Origin: Marsupella aquatica
Lineage: Eukaryota > Plantae > Marchantiophyta
Direction: 5' to 3'
DNA length: 64,000 nt
Assembly (NCBI GenBank): GCA_973895155.1
Contig: OZ316894.1
Coordinates: forward strand, 2,434,457 to 2,498,456
Shown here one piece after another: positions 22,281 through 35,319 of this stretch. Position numbers and translations under genes: made by a program. The first letter of the stretch is position 1, and each line of letters starts with the position of its first letter. The notes under the pieces are model-generated. The model was given only the letters and a program-made list of their open reading frames with translations. It made no database searches and had not been told where the DNA came from.

Positions 22281-25200
22281 TCAGTCAACATACTGGGAAG
22301 GGTGCGGGAGTTGGTCAATAACCTCCCTGAATGTATCTTGTGAAGCAGTCATTTGGGAGTCATGCAAAAGTTGTGATGGCCCAAATGTGTCTACATTGTC
22401 ACCATCATCTAGCTGGATTTCATGCAAGGGAGTTGGTTGAGTAGAAGACTGTGCTCCTCTTCCTCTCCCTTGCCCCCCGCCTCTACTTGTCGCGATTTTA
22501 CTTCGCTTTGGCTTGCCTCTCACTCTGTCTTCAACTTCTGATGTTGCTAAGTCATCATCTTCGGGGTGCAAAAACACAACTTTTGTTTTGGGGTTGACTG
22601 CCAATAGAGGAACAACCTGCAATGCCTGGCTCATACCCTTGCTTGATTTAGAGGCCTCCTTCCTCTTCCTTGAGACAGGAACAGGTACTAAGGACAAAGC
22701 AGCTCCTCCTTGTGGTACCTACAACCCACAAAGACATTAGAATACATGGACAAAGAGGTATTCACATTCCACAATGAAGCAGAGGAATTTTGCTGCTGCA
22801 CCTGTGAGGAGTTCGTAGCCGGTGCAGGGCCTGGTGTTGGCACTGGTATAGGGGCTGGTGCTTCTGCTGGTCCTGGTGTAGGGGCATGTGCTAGTGGTGG
22901 TCCAGGGATACCGGCAGGTGCATGTGTTGGTGTTGTTACAGGGACAGGGGCTGAGTGTTCATTTGTTGGGATAGGGGTTGGGGCAGGTGCAAGGGATTGC
23001 TCCACCAAATTTCCCTTTCCTTTTCGCCTTTTGCTTGCCTTTTCCCGTTGTTGCCCTTCCTACAATCCAAAGCAACATCAAAAGACATTGACAAAGAGGT
23101 ATTCACATTACTCAACAATTGGACGCCGCTGATGAGAAGGAATTCAATTATGTGGCCTAAGACACAAAGGCGTACCTTGGAGGGGTTGGTAGCTGGTACT
23201 GGGATTGCTAGTGCCACTGGTGCTGAGGACATTGTTGACACATCCCTTCCCCTTTGTCTTCCTCCCTACAATGAACAAAATTATTAATTGACATAGAAGA
23301 CAGTGAGGGTTGTGTATTCACTCCCTGCAAAGCAGTTTGATAAGGAAATTAGCCTGGTACATCAAGACATACCTGGGAGGGGTTGCTTGTCGGTGCTGGT
23401 GCTGCTACTGGTTTTGGGGGCACCGCTGATACACCCCTTCCCCTTTTACTTCCTCTCTACAATGGAGAATATCATTAAGTGACTTGAATACACCGAGGGT
23501 TGTGTATTTAACCCCTGCAAAGTAATATGAATAGAAAGGAATGTGGCCTTGTACAGGAAGGCAAACCAGGCTGACCTATATCAAATTTCTTTCCCGTGCA
23601 TGGGCTAGAATGAAGAAATTGTAGTGCACGCAGAAGACAATTAGGGTGATGTATTCAAACTTCCAAGTAAGCGCTTTTGAGACTTACAATCTGTGGTGGG
23701 AGGGCTGGTGCTGGTGATTCCACTGCTACAACCCCTCCAGGAGCCCTTCCGCTTCGTCTCTAGAATGAAGACATTGCAGTGCACACCAAAGACAATGAGG
23801 CAGATGTATTCAGACATTGCAAAGCATTGGAAACAAATGTTTTTACCGAAAACACAAAGGCAAACCTGGGAGTGAAAAGACATTGGGGTTGAAGTATTTA
23901 GACTACATTGCAATTGCACAAATTCCAAGTAAGCACTTCTGAGACTTACAATCCGTGGTGCGAGGGCTGGTGCTGGTGATTCCACTGCTACGACCCCTCC
24001 ACTTGTCCTTCCGCTCCGTCTCTAGAATGAAGAAATTGCAGTGCACGGCGAAGACAATGAGGCAGCTGTATTCAGACATTGCAAAGCATTGCAAACATAT
24101 GTTTTTACAAAAAACACAAAGGCAAACCTGGAAGGGGTTTGTTGACATTGGAGGGGATGGTGCTGCTTTCTGTACTGGGGATGGGGACTCCAGTGGTACA
24201 CCCCTTCCCCTTCGTCTTTGTCCCTACAATATATGAAATGAATGCTTAGGGGAGTGAAAAGACATTGGGGTTTAAGTATTCAGACTAGATTGCAATTGAA
24301 TGACTTCCAAGTTTGCACTTTAGAGACTTACAATCTGTGGTGTAGGGGCTGTTGGTGGTGGTCGTGCTGCTGCTACTGGTACCGACTCTAATAGTACAAT
24401 CTGTGGTGCAATGGCTGGTGGTGCTGGTGCAAGTGGTGGTAAGGACTCCGAGACTAATATACACGATACAGGGGCTGGTGCTGTTGCTGCGACTGGCGCT
24501 ATGAAGTCTGGGAGTAGAGTCTCAGGTGTAGGGGTTGGTGGTGCTACGAACTCCGAGATAGTCTCCGATACTACTCCTTCCTGCAATGAACACAAGGAGC
24601 ATCCGAATACTATGAGGCTCATGTATTCACAATTTGCAAAGAAATTCCAAAAGTAATTGAAGCAAAGAAACAAAGACTGACCTGGAGGGGGTAGTCGTCC
24701 TCTCCCTCTCCATAGGCGTAAAGAATATTTTGGAGGCTTGAAACCAAGTGACGCTGTTGTGAAAAGCTGATTCCTTGTTCATAAACATCCTGAATAGGAT
24801 TGTCAATGGGATCCTGAACAGGATGGTCAATAGGACCCTGAATAGGATCATGAACAGGATGCTCAATAAGATGGTCTAAATCCTCAACATGAGAAGGATT
24901 CTGATGATTATTGTCTTCATCATCCTGAACAGGATGGTCAATAGGATCCTGAATAGGATCATGAACAGGATGCTCAATAAGATGGTCAACATCCTCAACA
25001 TGAGAAGGATTCTGATGATCACTGTCTTCATCATCCTGAACATGAGAAGGAACCTGAATAGGATCTTGTACAAGAGGCGGGTCCTCAACTGAAGTATTGA
25101 GGACAGGTTCAGATACAACGTCTGGCTCATCTGGCTGTTGATCAGCATCATTTAGCAACAGACCCCACTTCTCAGGCCCAGGCTCATAGTCACTATCGTC

Positions 25201-26242
25201 AGAAGTGTCCTCCCACTCTTCATTTAGTCCAGCCTGCACATGGTTGGGACAAGATGAGAATGGAATGTACAAACAACAAGCAAAGATCGCAGGAAGTAAA
25301 ATAAAAAGGTCATACCTCTATTCGTGCAGCTTCAGTGGTCATGCCCCGACCTTTGTATTCCTGTAGCAAATTGTTAGTGGCTGTGGCTATGCTGACAGGC
25401 TTTTGCTCTTCTTTCCACTCCTTGTAATCTTGGTATGCAACATCGAAGTCCACTTCTTTGGGGCCATGCTTCCACTGCAGAAGTGCTCTTTTTTTAGTCA
25501 AGTAATTCAAGGCATCTGCAATGAGAGCCTCTCGAATTGTATCAAACTGCATCAGCTCGGGAGGTTGCACCTCCACATCTGCCCGGGGGAAAATGCATGG
25601 CAGGACACTACAATCTAATTGAAGTGCCTGCAACTTACGATCTCTAGGTAGGAGTACCGGCAAAACTTGGATTGAAGCAACCCAGCGAGACAAAATAGGA
25701 GAAATTGCAGCAGCTGACACAGAGTCTTGCAACATCTCGTACACACTGTCATCCAACAAGGATGACCAACCATTAGCCTGCCCTGCACGTATGTGCACTT
25801 CCTTGATGACACGAATAAGCAACGATTTTGCAGGAACAAGCGGCTCATCTACAGCAACACCATACTTCTTCTTTAGCATTGTCTTCTTCCGCAACTTAGT
25901 CTGTCTCCACCGAAGTCGCACAGTGGATCGAAGCCGGTTCCAAGAGGCCTGATTGTTGTCCTTCCTCACATTTGGCCCAGGGGCCTTATGTTTCTTGGCA
26001 ATCCGAGTGGAGAAGTCGGATTTTGAGAACAACCAAGGGTTGCCCGCCTCCAGTAATGCAGGTGGCAACTCCAACTTGTGTGTGACGTCCATGTGGGTCT
26101 GGAAACCAGCAAAGGAAGAAAATGATCGAGGCTTGTGATCACCAGCTATGCAGACAAACACATGCTTGCCTTCAGCATCGACACGATGTCGGAAGTGATT
26201 CTCTTCCTCTGCTACCCGAATTCTTCTCATTCGTGGCGCCAT
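22281..26242 (-). CDS. MULE accessory gene of unknown function (multi-exon; Zn-finger-like N-terminus, acidic His/Pro repeats, RGR/Pro-rich micro-exons)
   Basis: Exon 1 is 26242-25316 (309 codons; C-x4-H...H-x4-H motif CIAGDH...HMDVTH; donor GAG|gtatga). Exon 2 is 25233-24682, exon 3 is 24580-24332, and exon 4 is 24223-24128. Further phase-0 micro-exons start near 24021, 23761, 23457, 23266 and 23059. The last exon runs ~22717-22281 (RKRK; RGGGQGRGRG). Boundaries of the later micro-exons are approximate. Confidence 0.75.
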
Positions 26243-26380
26243 GGAAACTGAGCATGAACCTTGGTTGGGCTCAAAATCGAACCCAACCTCTCCAGCCTAT
26301 GACCTTGACCTTCAGCCTGTATTGCTTTCCACTCCTTAATGGAAGCAGAGCGGTCCCTACACTCATGCCGACGACTTCAA

Positions 26381-27680
26381 CAGATAAGCAAATTTAGAAG
26401 ACACGAATGTCATGGTATTCAAAGAGAATAGAAGAACTCGCAAACATCCATGTCATGGTATTCAAAACATGCACCTCCAACATTCGTCGACATGCAGACA
26501 ATGTTTGTAAAGTCAGGATGCAGTCAGTCATACCTAGTGCTTCGACCGAGAATCTCCCCCTTCAAATCAGACGCAGATCAATCCCTGTCATGAAGTCCAC
26601 TTTGCCTAGAGCTTGCAGGCAACCACAAAATCCAGAGAGGAAACTTCATTCACAAATTCAAGGATAGGATTCAACTGCCATTGGAAACAATCCCTACACT
26701 GTTATCCACGTAATATTGGAACTATGTAGTGCCAGAACCGGAAGACATGGATGTGATGGTGATCAAAAATTGCAGAATGCAAGAGACATTCAGGTAATGG
26801 TATTCTGCGCATCAACACGATGCAAAAAAATGCAGGACACAGTATCTTGGGCTACATTGACGGACAATCCTCCTCTGAAAGAACAACAGAGGAAAATACT
26901 CTCACCAAAACAAAACAGCCCATCAATGTTTGCAAACCAAGAAGATAACAGGTTCAGATATAAGCAAAACTAGAACACACGAATGTCTTGGTATTCAAAC
27001 AGGGCAGCAGAACTCAAAGACATTCATGTCATGGTATTCGAAACATGCACAACATTCAAACTTGTCGACATTTAGACAACGTTTGTAAAATTCAGGATGC
27101 AATGCACGTCATGAAGCATTCAGAAATAACTTCTTCAGCACTTTGCAAACAATGGTGCTACAAGATTTATACTTTGGCAAAAAGAGCTGAAATCATACCT
27201 AGTGCTTTGACCAAGAAACAAAGACATGCGGGTTCAAGTGGGATGCAGATTAATCCCTGTCGTGAAGTCCACTTTGCCTAAAGCTCGTAGGCAACCACAA
27301 AATCCTGAGAGGAAACTGAAGCCCCCGCTGAAGCCACAAATTCAAGAACAGGATTGAACTCCCAAATGCAACCTAGCCCTACACTGTTATCCACGTATTC
27401 AAACTATGCAGCAGAACCAGAGGACATGGATTTCATGGTGACAAAAATGCACAAGAACAAGGAGACTCTGCAAATGATCTGAACTAATCTGAACAATGCA
27501 AAACTGAACAATGTAGAAAAACTTACGACCAGATAGATAAGATAATGCAGGAGACGTCATTCATGTTATGGTATGCAGGACTAAACAGTTTCTTGGGCTA
27601 CATTGGCGGGCGGACAATCCTCCTGTGGAATTGAAGAACAACAAAGGGAGACACTCTCACCAAACCAAAACAACCCACCA
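26381..27680. repeat. Diverged direct duplication (~570-700 bp) inside the MULE, upstream of the minus-strand gene
   Basis: TAAGCAAA..TAGAA.ACACGAATGTC.TGGTATTCAAA, ATACCTAGTGCTT, AATCCCTGTC.TGAAGTCCACTTTGCCTA, CCCTACACTGTTATCCACGTA and CTTGGGCTACATTG each occur twice, from ~26385 and ~26961. Confidence 0.85.
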
Positions 27681-27942
27681 ACAATCTGGCAGGCGCTACA
27701 ATGTGAAAAAAATCTCGGAGAATGGGGTGAATGAACACTACTCGATCCTAGCAGTGGGCCGCAACTCAAACCTCAAGCTCTCCTTTGGCATCGATCAATG
27801 AAATGTGCACACGATCAAAGCATGAACCTCCCCAAAATGGCCAGCCGCCAGCAGCAAACAACGCCTCACCTCCATGAACGATGCCTCAGTCCCCTCCGTA
27901 AAACAACGAAAAATGTCGATCCCACCCTCGACAAATGACTCT

Positions 27943-28288
27943 CGCGCTTGACCCTAAACCGCGCCCCGACAATGTGCGCCCTAAAACAGAAATTTTGTTG
28001 AATACATAAACCACAATGTATTCACACTCATAAGGGACCATAGTGCGAGAACGCAAAACCGCGTAGTTGCGCCCTACTGCAGCGGAGTCTCATGGGCGAC
28101 TGCGGGAGGCGACCCTGCGTGGTGGCATGGCTCCCAACTGTGCAGTATGGCCTTTACACGGGGCAAACTGGCTTACACGGGAGAAAAGGGTACGGGCCAT
28201 AATGAGGGGGCTAATTGGGGCAAAAAAGTTTGGAGGGGGCTGATCAAGTAAAGTTTCTCCTGGAGGGGGTCTATTGAGCATATCCCTC
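27943..28288 (-). repeat. Right terminal inverted repeat of the MULE
   Basis: Reverse complement of 15579-15936 with few substitutions. Confidence 0.95.
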
Positions 28289-29408
28289 CCAATTCTGCTC
28301 TAAGTATGGAAAGGGAGATTTATGTTCTTAATTAAAGAGACAATGAGAAGGGTGTCAATGAACCAAAAGCGTAAAAGCTATCACATCCAGGGAGGTTATA
28401 CGAGTACCAGACTAGGTACACGGGAGCATCTCTTTCGTGCAGGAACAAGGAAGTAAAAAATACCGATTTGTAAAGTTAACCTTTGTACAGTAGTGCGTGG
28501 ATTTCGCGGGCAACCCGCCGGTGAATCGATGGGGATGGCATGCGTGTGGGCGAGTGATGATGGGGCCATGGGGCATCGGGGCCTGTTGGGGCCTGTTGGG
28601 TACAGTCGCTCCGTCGGCGGCAGGGCCGCCCCGGAGTATATTAGGCCAGCCCCGGCCCGAGGCCCCATCTTGACAGCCCCTCAAAGTTGAAGCAGCAAGA
28701 GAACGAGAAACTGCGCACGAAGCGAGAGTCGAAATTGTCGTTCATGAACGTCGACAGAAGAGCGCAGCAGCCAGCAGAGAAAAGTGCCCGAGGTGCTCGG
28801 TATATGAGAAGCTTGTATCGAGAAAGCTGGCATTGGATTCTTCCTTCGCCAAAAAAAAAAACACACCTGCGTCCGAAGGCAGCATCGTGTCCATCTGTCG
28901 GTCTCTTCTTTCGCCATTGCGGGAGGGTCGCGAAGGTTTCAACTGGGTGCCAGACAGTCGTCTTCGAAAGGACACAGTTGTGTGCTGCTGCTCTGGCTTC
29001 ACCGACCGGCAAGCAGTCGTCCGACTCGGCTGATCGTGTTGTTTTGAGTCGGCTCTGACGCCTGTCTCGTTATCCGCATGTCTAGTGGGATTAGTGGCAC
29101 CTCTGCTTTGGATTTGGTCGAGTCAAACGAATATCACAGGATCGACTCTGGGTCTTGGCATTTCGAGTTTGTGGAGTGTGTGAAAGAGCTCACTGTTGTG
29201 AAAACTCTGCTGGTCAGTTAATTCAAGGAGTGAACATTCGGTAGTCTTGAGTACGTGTTGTGAAGGCAGAGGTTGCTGAGCAGGGAGCCAGGTGGGGTGT
29301 CTGTGTGTGAGGTCTGCGTATACGTTTTCGGAGTTTGTGTTGGTGGACATTGTGATCGGAGGATAGTAGAGCTAATAAGGGGGCAGGGTGGAGTCAGAAG
29401 TACCAGCG

Positions 29409-29969
29409 ATGGGAAACGCTCAAGGAGGGCACAGGAAGGGGTCCAAGCAGGTTGTTACAGTGTTGGAGAGTGATGGACGAGTGCTGGAATTTCCTCGCTC
29501 GTTGCGCGTTGCGGATCTGCTTTACGACCATCCCAAACACTTCGTATGCCATTCCAGCGCTCTTGTACTCCTACAGCAGGGGAAGATGTTGCCTCCGAAT
29601 GCTTGGCTTACGCGAGGGGAGGTCTATTTCTTACTCCCTGTTCCGAAGAACAAAGCTGAATTTAATCCTTCTACAGCGACAGCAAAGGTCGATCCGCAGC
29701 TCACATCTACGCAACCACGAAACGAGCTTAAAGCTGGTGGCACGATGAAGTTCCTCATTACAAAGCAGCAGCTGGCCAAGATTCTTGCTGAAGGCTCCAT
29801 CAAGGTTGAGGCCAAAGCTCCAGAGCTAATTTCGTCGCTACCTGAAACAAATGCACCTTCCAGGTCGACTTCATTGAGGGTGCTGCACCGTCCGTCTCCC
29901 CCTGTCGTGAAAAGATCGGTCACGTGGTCTCCTGGACTGGAGAGCATCTCTGAAGTCCCTGTCATGTGA
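29409..29969 (+). CDS. DUF4228 / PADRE family protein (186 aa)
   Basis: N-terminal MGN (myristoylation-type start); V..SDGRVLEF....RVADLL..HP.HFVCHS; L..GEVYFLLP; C-terminal WSPGLESISE. All are typical of plant DUF4228 proteins. Confidence 0.9.
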   Translation: MGNAQGGHRKGSKQVVTVLESDGRVLEFPRSLRVADLLYDHPKHFVCHSSALVLLQQGKMLPPNAWLTRGEVYFLLPVPKNKAEFNPSTATAKVDPQLTSTQPRNELKAGGTMKFLITKQQLAKILAEGSIKVEAKAPELISSLPETNAPSRSTSLRVLHRPSPPVVKRSVTWSPGLESISEVPVM

Positions 29970-32900
29970 ATGGTATGATGTCCGGGGTTGTAGAGACTTA
30001 TGTAAAGTTCCAGTCATACGACTGGAACAACTTAACTTCACAGCGGCAAGTATATGGCATCATTTTCGGATCTCGAAATTCTCTGTTCCCAACGCACATT
30101 TCAACAGCATTCCGATTATGCTTCGTCGGATCGAGCTTGGAGTTTCCTTGCCCAATGCCCCGCAGAGATGGTTTCTTGAGAAGGAGGCTGCTCTTTGTAG
30201 CAGTCTTAGCAGACCTTCCATCTGCCCGGCATCGACGAGAGACGCCCTTTCGTCAGACCGCTTCGTGCACAAAGACCCACGAAGTTTGTGGTCTTTGGCC
30301 GCTGCGGAGGGGATAGACGTCCCTGTACCGTCGTCCAGTTCGCATTGTAACTCGCTAACGCAACTAAGGAGACTGATCAATCCGTACATGGTACTCTCTC
30401 TGATCAAGATTGGCGTCCTCTGCGGCGAATGTAAGCTCAGGTTGTTCATGGGTTTTGACAATGGTCTAATTTTCGGCTCGATTTGCATCTCTCTTCACCT
30501 CTATGGTGTAGAAGGCGTAACTGCGTGCCTGTGAGTCAGTTTGGTGCTATGTCGCCATGGCGAATTATCATATCTGTGTTCGGTTGCAAGTTCAGGCGTC
30601 ATCGACGGTAATGTAACCCGCATGATGGAGACTCCTGATCTACACACGTATTCTTGGTTTTTGTTCCGGGGTGCAACGGTAATGTAGCTCCCTTGACGGA
30701 TATCAAAGTAGCAGGGGACATCATCCCCTCTGTACATTTCAACCTCATTTATTCTAGCGGGATTAGTAAGCAGAGTTCCAGTGAGACATGTCTCTCCTCC
30801 ACGCCTTGTAAAGTGGAAACTCAACGCAGCTCTCCCCAAGTTGCTCCCAGTCAATCACAAGAGGAGGGACGATAGTTTTTTGGGATAGTTAGATTGCCGC
30901 CAACTACATTTTGTTGCATATTAGAAGTCTAGCGAGACCTCTTCAGATAAGGATCTGAGATAGGTTTTATTCTTAGCAGCTCCGTAAGCACAGTCTGAAC
31001 ACCGACAACTCCTTTGATCGGAAGAGACGTAGAAGAGTTAAGGTTCGATGTATATGTGTAACCTCTCACGTCCTTCTACATATCTGTATTTCTATGCAAT
31101 GCACATCCTGGTAATCAAGATACGTCGGTGGGCATTGTTTTCCTTGATCAGTACGGGTACTTTTGCCTTCTCATCTATTGAGTTCATTGGGCTTGCTCTG
31201 TGATTGAAGGTTGTATGAGTGAGCGCATCAGGTCTTGCTTGCAGTGTCATTTCCCGCCGATTGTGGCAGTTGGAAGCTGCGTTGTTTGTTCTCCGTTTAT
31301 CGACGTCGCTGGCATCGTGTGTCATGTGAGTTGTGGTTGCCTTTTACAAAGAACGATCACAATTTTTTGTTGTGTGTCCGTTCACCTCGTTCAAGAGGAG
31401 CGGAACAAAGCTGTTCATTCGGTGCCCACTGTCTGGACGGTGTCATTCAAGATGCGTTGGAGCTGAGTACATGAGAGTGAATATTAGCGGTGCGACACTA
31501 GTGTTGCCTAGCTGGATCCATTGACCGCCGAGCATCGCTGGGAGGACGGTGTTGGAGCGAGAAGCCTGTCAAACCCCCGGCTCATCAAAGTTGAAACTCG
31601 CACCGTTTCTGTAGGGGAATCTTTGCTTGCGGCGCCGAGGCTGTCTCGCGTTTCAATGCGAGTACATTAGCACTGTCGATCTGCAAAGCTGCTGTATTAC
31701 CTGCTTGCATGTTCGGCAGTGGGTCCACTGGAGGTCTATCAGACCCCACTTCCGACCTCCAAGTCTCCAACGCAGCCGTCCTGCGTTGCTTGTTGCTAGC
31801 GTGGGCCCCCCGTACTTGGAAAGGCACTGCGGGCAGTGAGACACTCGAACACTGGAACGTTGTGGAAATACGTAAACCCGCTAAAAATCTCCCTATGACG
31901 AGTTCACGTGTTCTCTTGCAGTGTCGTGTGTGTTTTCGTTTTTTTTTCTCCTTTCTTATTATATAATCCAACTGTCTAATCCCTGTCTTGGGTACTATAT
32001 GATCGTCTGTCTAATCCTCCCACCCAGTCAGCAGCCATGCCGAAGACCTTAAATGTCACGTTTCTCCACCGGAAAGTGCTTCCTCCGTCGTTATTGTAAT
32101 CTTCTGCCTAATCCTTCCATCCTAGTCAGCTGTGGTCTCCGTTCAATCTCGCGCCTCTCTGCACTCTTAAGATTTTTCCGTCCTTTTCATTGGAAGGTTG
32201 TTTGATCCCGTAGATCACTTGAGACGTGATTCCACAGTAGCACTGTTCAGCAATTCAAATGACGATTGCTTTTGTGCACATCTTTTGCACGGCAAGCTGT
32301 ACACGTGATTTCACTTGCTGTGTAGGATGTTCTTCCTCTGATCTCGTTCTTTGTCTGGGATGGTGATGGATCTCTCTTCATATCGACATATTCGTTTTTA
32401 AATCTGTCTTGCTATCGAAGATGGTGTTTGTAGTTTGCTAGGATGCCGACATGTCGACGTGATTTCTCCTTTACTACAGGAGATTGTGGTGGGCATTTTG
32501 GTTTTCTTCAAGATGATCTTTTATCTATGGCACGTCATGAAAACTTTCCCGTCAAGCGCAAGTATTTATAAATGGATGTACACTCCTTCGAGGAGCGTGC
32601 ACGTTTGTTGTCACCTTCTGCTCGTTTCAGTTTTCTAAGTTTCTCGTTCATACTGCTGATGATCTGCCATGACGGTACTTTCGTGCTCTCATCACTTGCA
32701 ACCGTGGACCCCTCGTAACAACAGCCCTTGAGCCAGCCGTCTTGTCTTGCCCAAGTCAATTTTCATAAACCCCACTTCCTCGAGCGTCACTAATTTTCCT
32801 CCGAACTGCCCCCTACTGGCCTAGTTTCTCAATCTCTCTCTACGTCTCTGTTGCCTCGTTTTTGGATCTCTCTGCCCCTCGTGGACTGGGCACCCAGTCT

Positions 32901-33589
32901 TGGTCTGCGAAATTGCATCCAAACGGGGCCGTTATAAATTACGTTATCCTAGCCATGAACTGCCGATCGGTACCGACTGCTCCGATATCCAGTCTCTCAG
33001 ATGAAGACTCGAGTCAAAGATACACTTGACAAGTTTATTGCCATCCTAGGTTTGACTTTGCGAAACAGAGTGTTTTAAAAACCCATCAATTTGAGAGCGT
33101 GAAGACGCGAGGTAACAACTGGTCGACATGGCTCATCCAATGACTAGTGGTTTGAAGGATTCTAACTTAATTATACAGACAAATTATGGCTGATAATACT
33201 AACTCGGTGAAATCTCAACGGCCCGGGATTGGAGGAGTTCCTGAATGGTTAGGTGGGTATCGACTAATCCTCATAAGGGAGACGCAAGAGTAGAATTCCC
33301 AGAGAAAGTTCCAAGACATGGTAGAACTACTGTCGTGTGATTAATTCCTCTGTTGGAATTGTTTGAATCCAAGGCTCTCCATCTAAACTATCAATCGTCG
33401 CAGTAACAAGAAGGACAAGGATTGGATTAGGAAGTCTGGAAGAGTCCAGAACTTAACGGAGGAATGAGGTCATCATCCGAAGGGAGAATGGGGTTTGCGG
33501 ATCGAAATCGGACTCTGGATATAGGATATCTGAGAGACTGCTCCGTCTGTTGTCATCTCCCACCAGCAACTGCACAGACTATTTGCAAG

Positions 33590-34158
33590 GTGACCACAAT
33601 CTACAGCGGATCCCATTCAACTGCTGTACGCATTGCTTCAAGCTCCAAAAGTAGCACCACACCAAAGTTTTTTTTTGTGAGGGAGTTGGACTATCTCCAA
33701 GTTGACCACAGTCTACAGTACAGCGGACCCCTTTCAACTGCTATACTCAGAGCTTCAAACTCCACAACTAACCCCACACCAACGCGCTTTTTTGTGAGGG
33801 AGTTAGACTATCTGCAAGTTGACCACAATCTACAGCGGATCCCTTTCAACTGCTGTACGCATTGCTTCAAAATCCACAACTAACACCACACCAACGCCTT
33901 TTCTTGTGAGGGAGTTTAGAATATCTCCAAGTTGACGACAATCTACGGTGGATCCCTTCAGCTACCGTATTCATTATTTTTGCCCCAAGCTCCACAACTA
34001 ACTTCCCACCAGTGATAAGTTTTGGTGAGGGAGTTGAACTCAATCAAGCTCCACAAGTAATCCCCCAGCAGTGTTTTTGTTGGTGAGGGAGTTAACTCAT
34101 TGCTTCAAGCTCCTCAACTAACTCCCCTCCACTGATTTCGTTTTGTGAGGGAGTTGAC
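33590..34158. repeat. Compound minisatellite (four ~115-bp units followed by ~58-bp sub-units)
   Basis: TGACCACAATCTACAGCGGATCCC...CTTCAA.CTCCACAACTAAC...TTTTGTGAGGGAGTT recurs. Confidence 0.88.
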
Positions 34159-35319
34159 TGGCGAATGCCTCAAGAGTCTACGAAGGATACTATGTGGGAC
34201 ACACCTAATATTTTGTAGTATATGCTCATTATGTTTTTTCAAAGTCCTTAGATCTTTCCTGATCTTAAGGGAAGCCGTGAGATCTTGAAGTATGCAGAAT
34301 CCAACTGCAGCTAAGGTAGATTTCAGCCAATATGACTCAAGTTCTCGTAATTTTCAATCATTGCCACGACTTGGAGCGAAACTTCACCAACTAAAACATC
34401 ACTGCCCCACTACGTCTCGATTTTAACGGGTGAGGTACTCAAACTCGCTTGAAGTCTTTAATCATGATGGGATTGGGAAACCCTCAGCACGGATCTTGTT
34501 TCCTACTCCTGATGATTTCAGAGGTGGAGTTCTGACCAGAGGCGCAGCCCATGCCGCCCCACGGCCGTTTGACTTGCTAAAAACCCACGACTCTACAGGA
34601 ATGCAAACTTTCCGAACTGTTGATTAAACATTCATTTCACTTGAGGCAACTAAAACGTAGTAATCCCAATGACCTTCTTTCCTTTCGCTATAATGAAGGA
34701 TCAGCCGCCTTCGGTAAAGTAAGTATTTGGCTTATGAACGACGGTCGAGGACTTTTCCTTTAGCTCTGGCTCTCTTTCTCTCCTTTTTTAAACAGTCTGT
34801 TGGGAATCAATCTGCCTCCTTGGATTCCCTTCGATCAAACCCTTCAGGACCGGTCAGGGTTTCAAGGTATGCAGTCACCTCTGTGGCCACCGTGAATTCA
34901 GCAACACAAATGGCATTAAATGAAAACTTTCAAAGCAAAAAGAATTCAACCGTCATGAAGAGTAGGCCACGTTGAGGCAATGCACGGTCTTCTATCTTCA
35001 AAAGCGGCCTCCTCGATTTCATCCCTGCTAATCGGGTTTGACCTCGCCTAGAGAGATCATTCGAAGATCGGTGGGTGATACCTTCAGCAGACCTTGATTC
35101 ATCCATGAAAACCAGGCCTGCTGTGTGCACTTTCACTGTATGGAAAGAACTATTTGGTGCACATTTTGTGAGGCCAACCAAAAAAATGAATGAAACTGGA
35201 TGTGAATGACAAAAGTCCTGTTGACGTCCACTGCTAGATCCTTTCAGGAGAATGAGTGAAGCACAATTGATTGGGTTGACATTGGGGTTTGGTAACTCGT
35301 ACTAAGGACAAGAGATCGA

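Larger units (their letters stand above)
15579..28288 (+). mobile_element. Autonomous-type Mutator-like element (MULE), 12.7 kb
   Basis: Termini GAGGGATATGCTCAATAGACC... and ...GGTCTATTGAGCATATCCCTC are inverted repeats. The identical 10-bp direct repeat CCAATTCTGC flanks both ends (15569-15578 and 28289-28298). A MuDRA-type transposase lies inside. Confidence 0.97.

Noticed and set aside
29966-30875. Overlapping 110-140-aa ORFs downstream of the PADRE gene
   Set aside because: They occur on both strands without motifs and are most consistent with 3' UTR or intergenic sequence.
31021-31077. Imperfect hairpin as a miRNA precursor
   Set aside because: The stem is short with several bulges and does not match any conserved plant miRNA I recognise.
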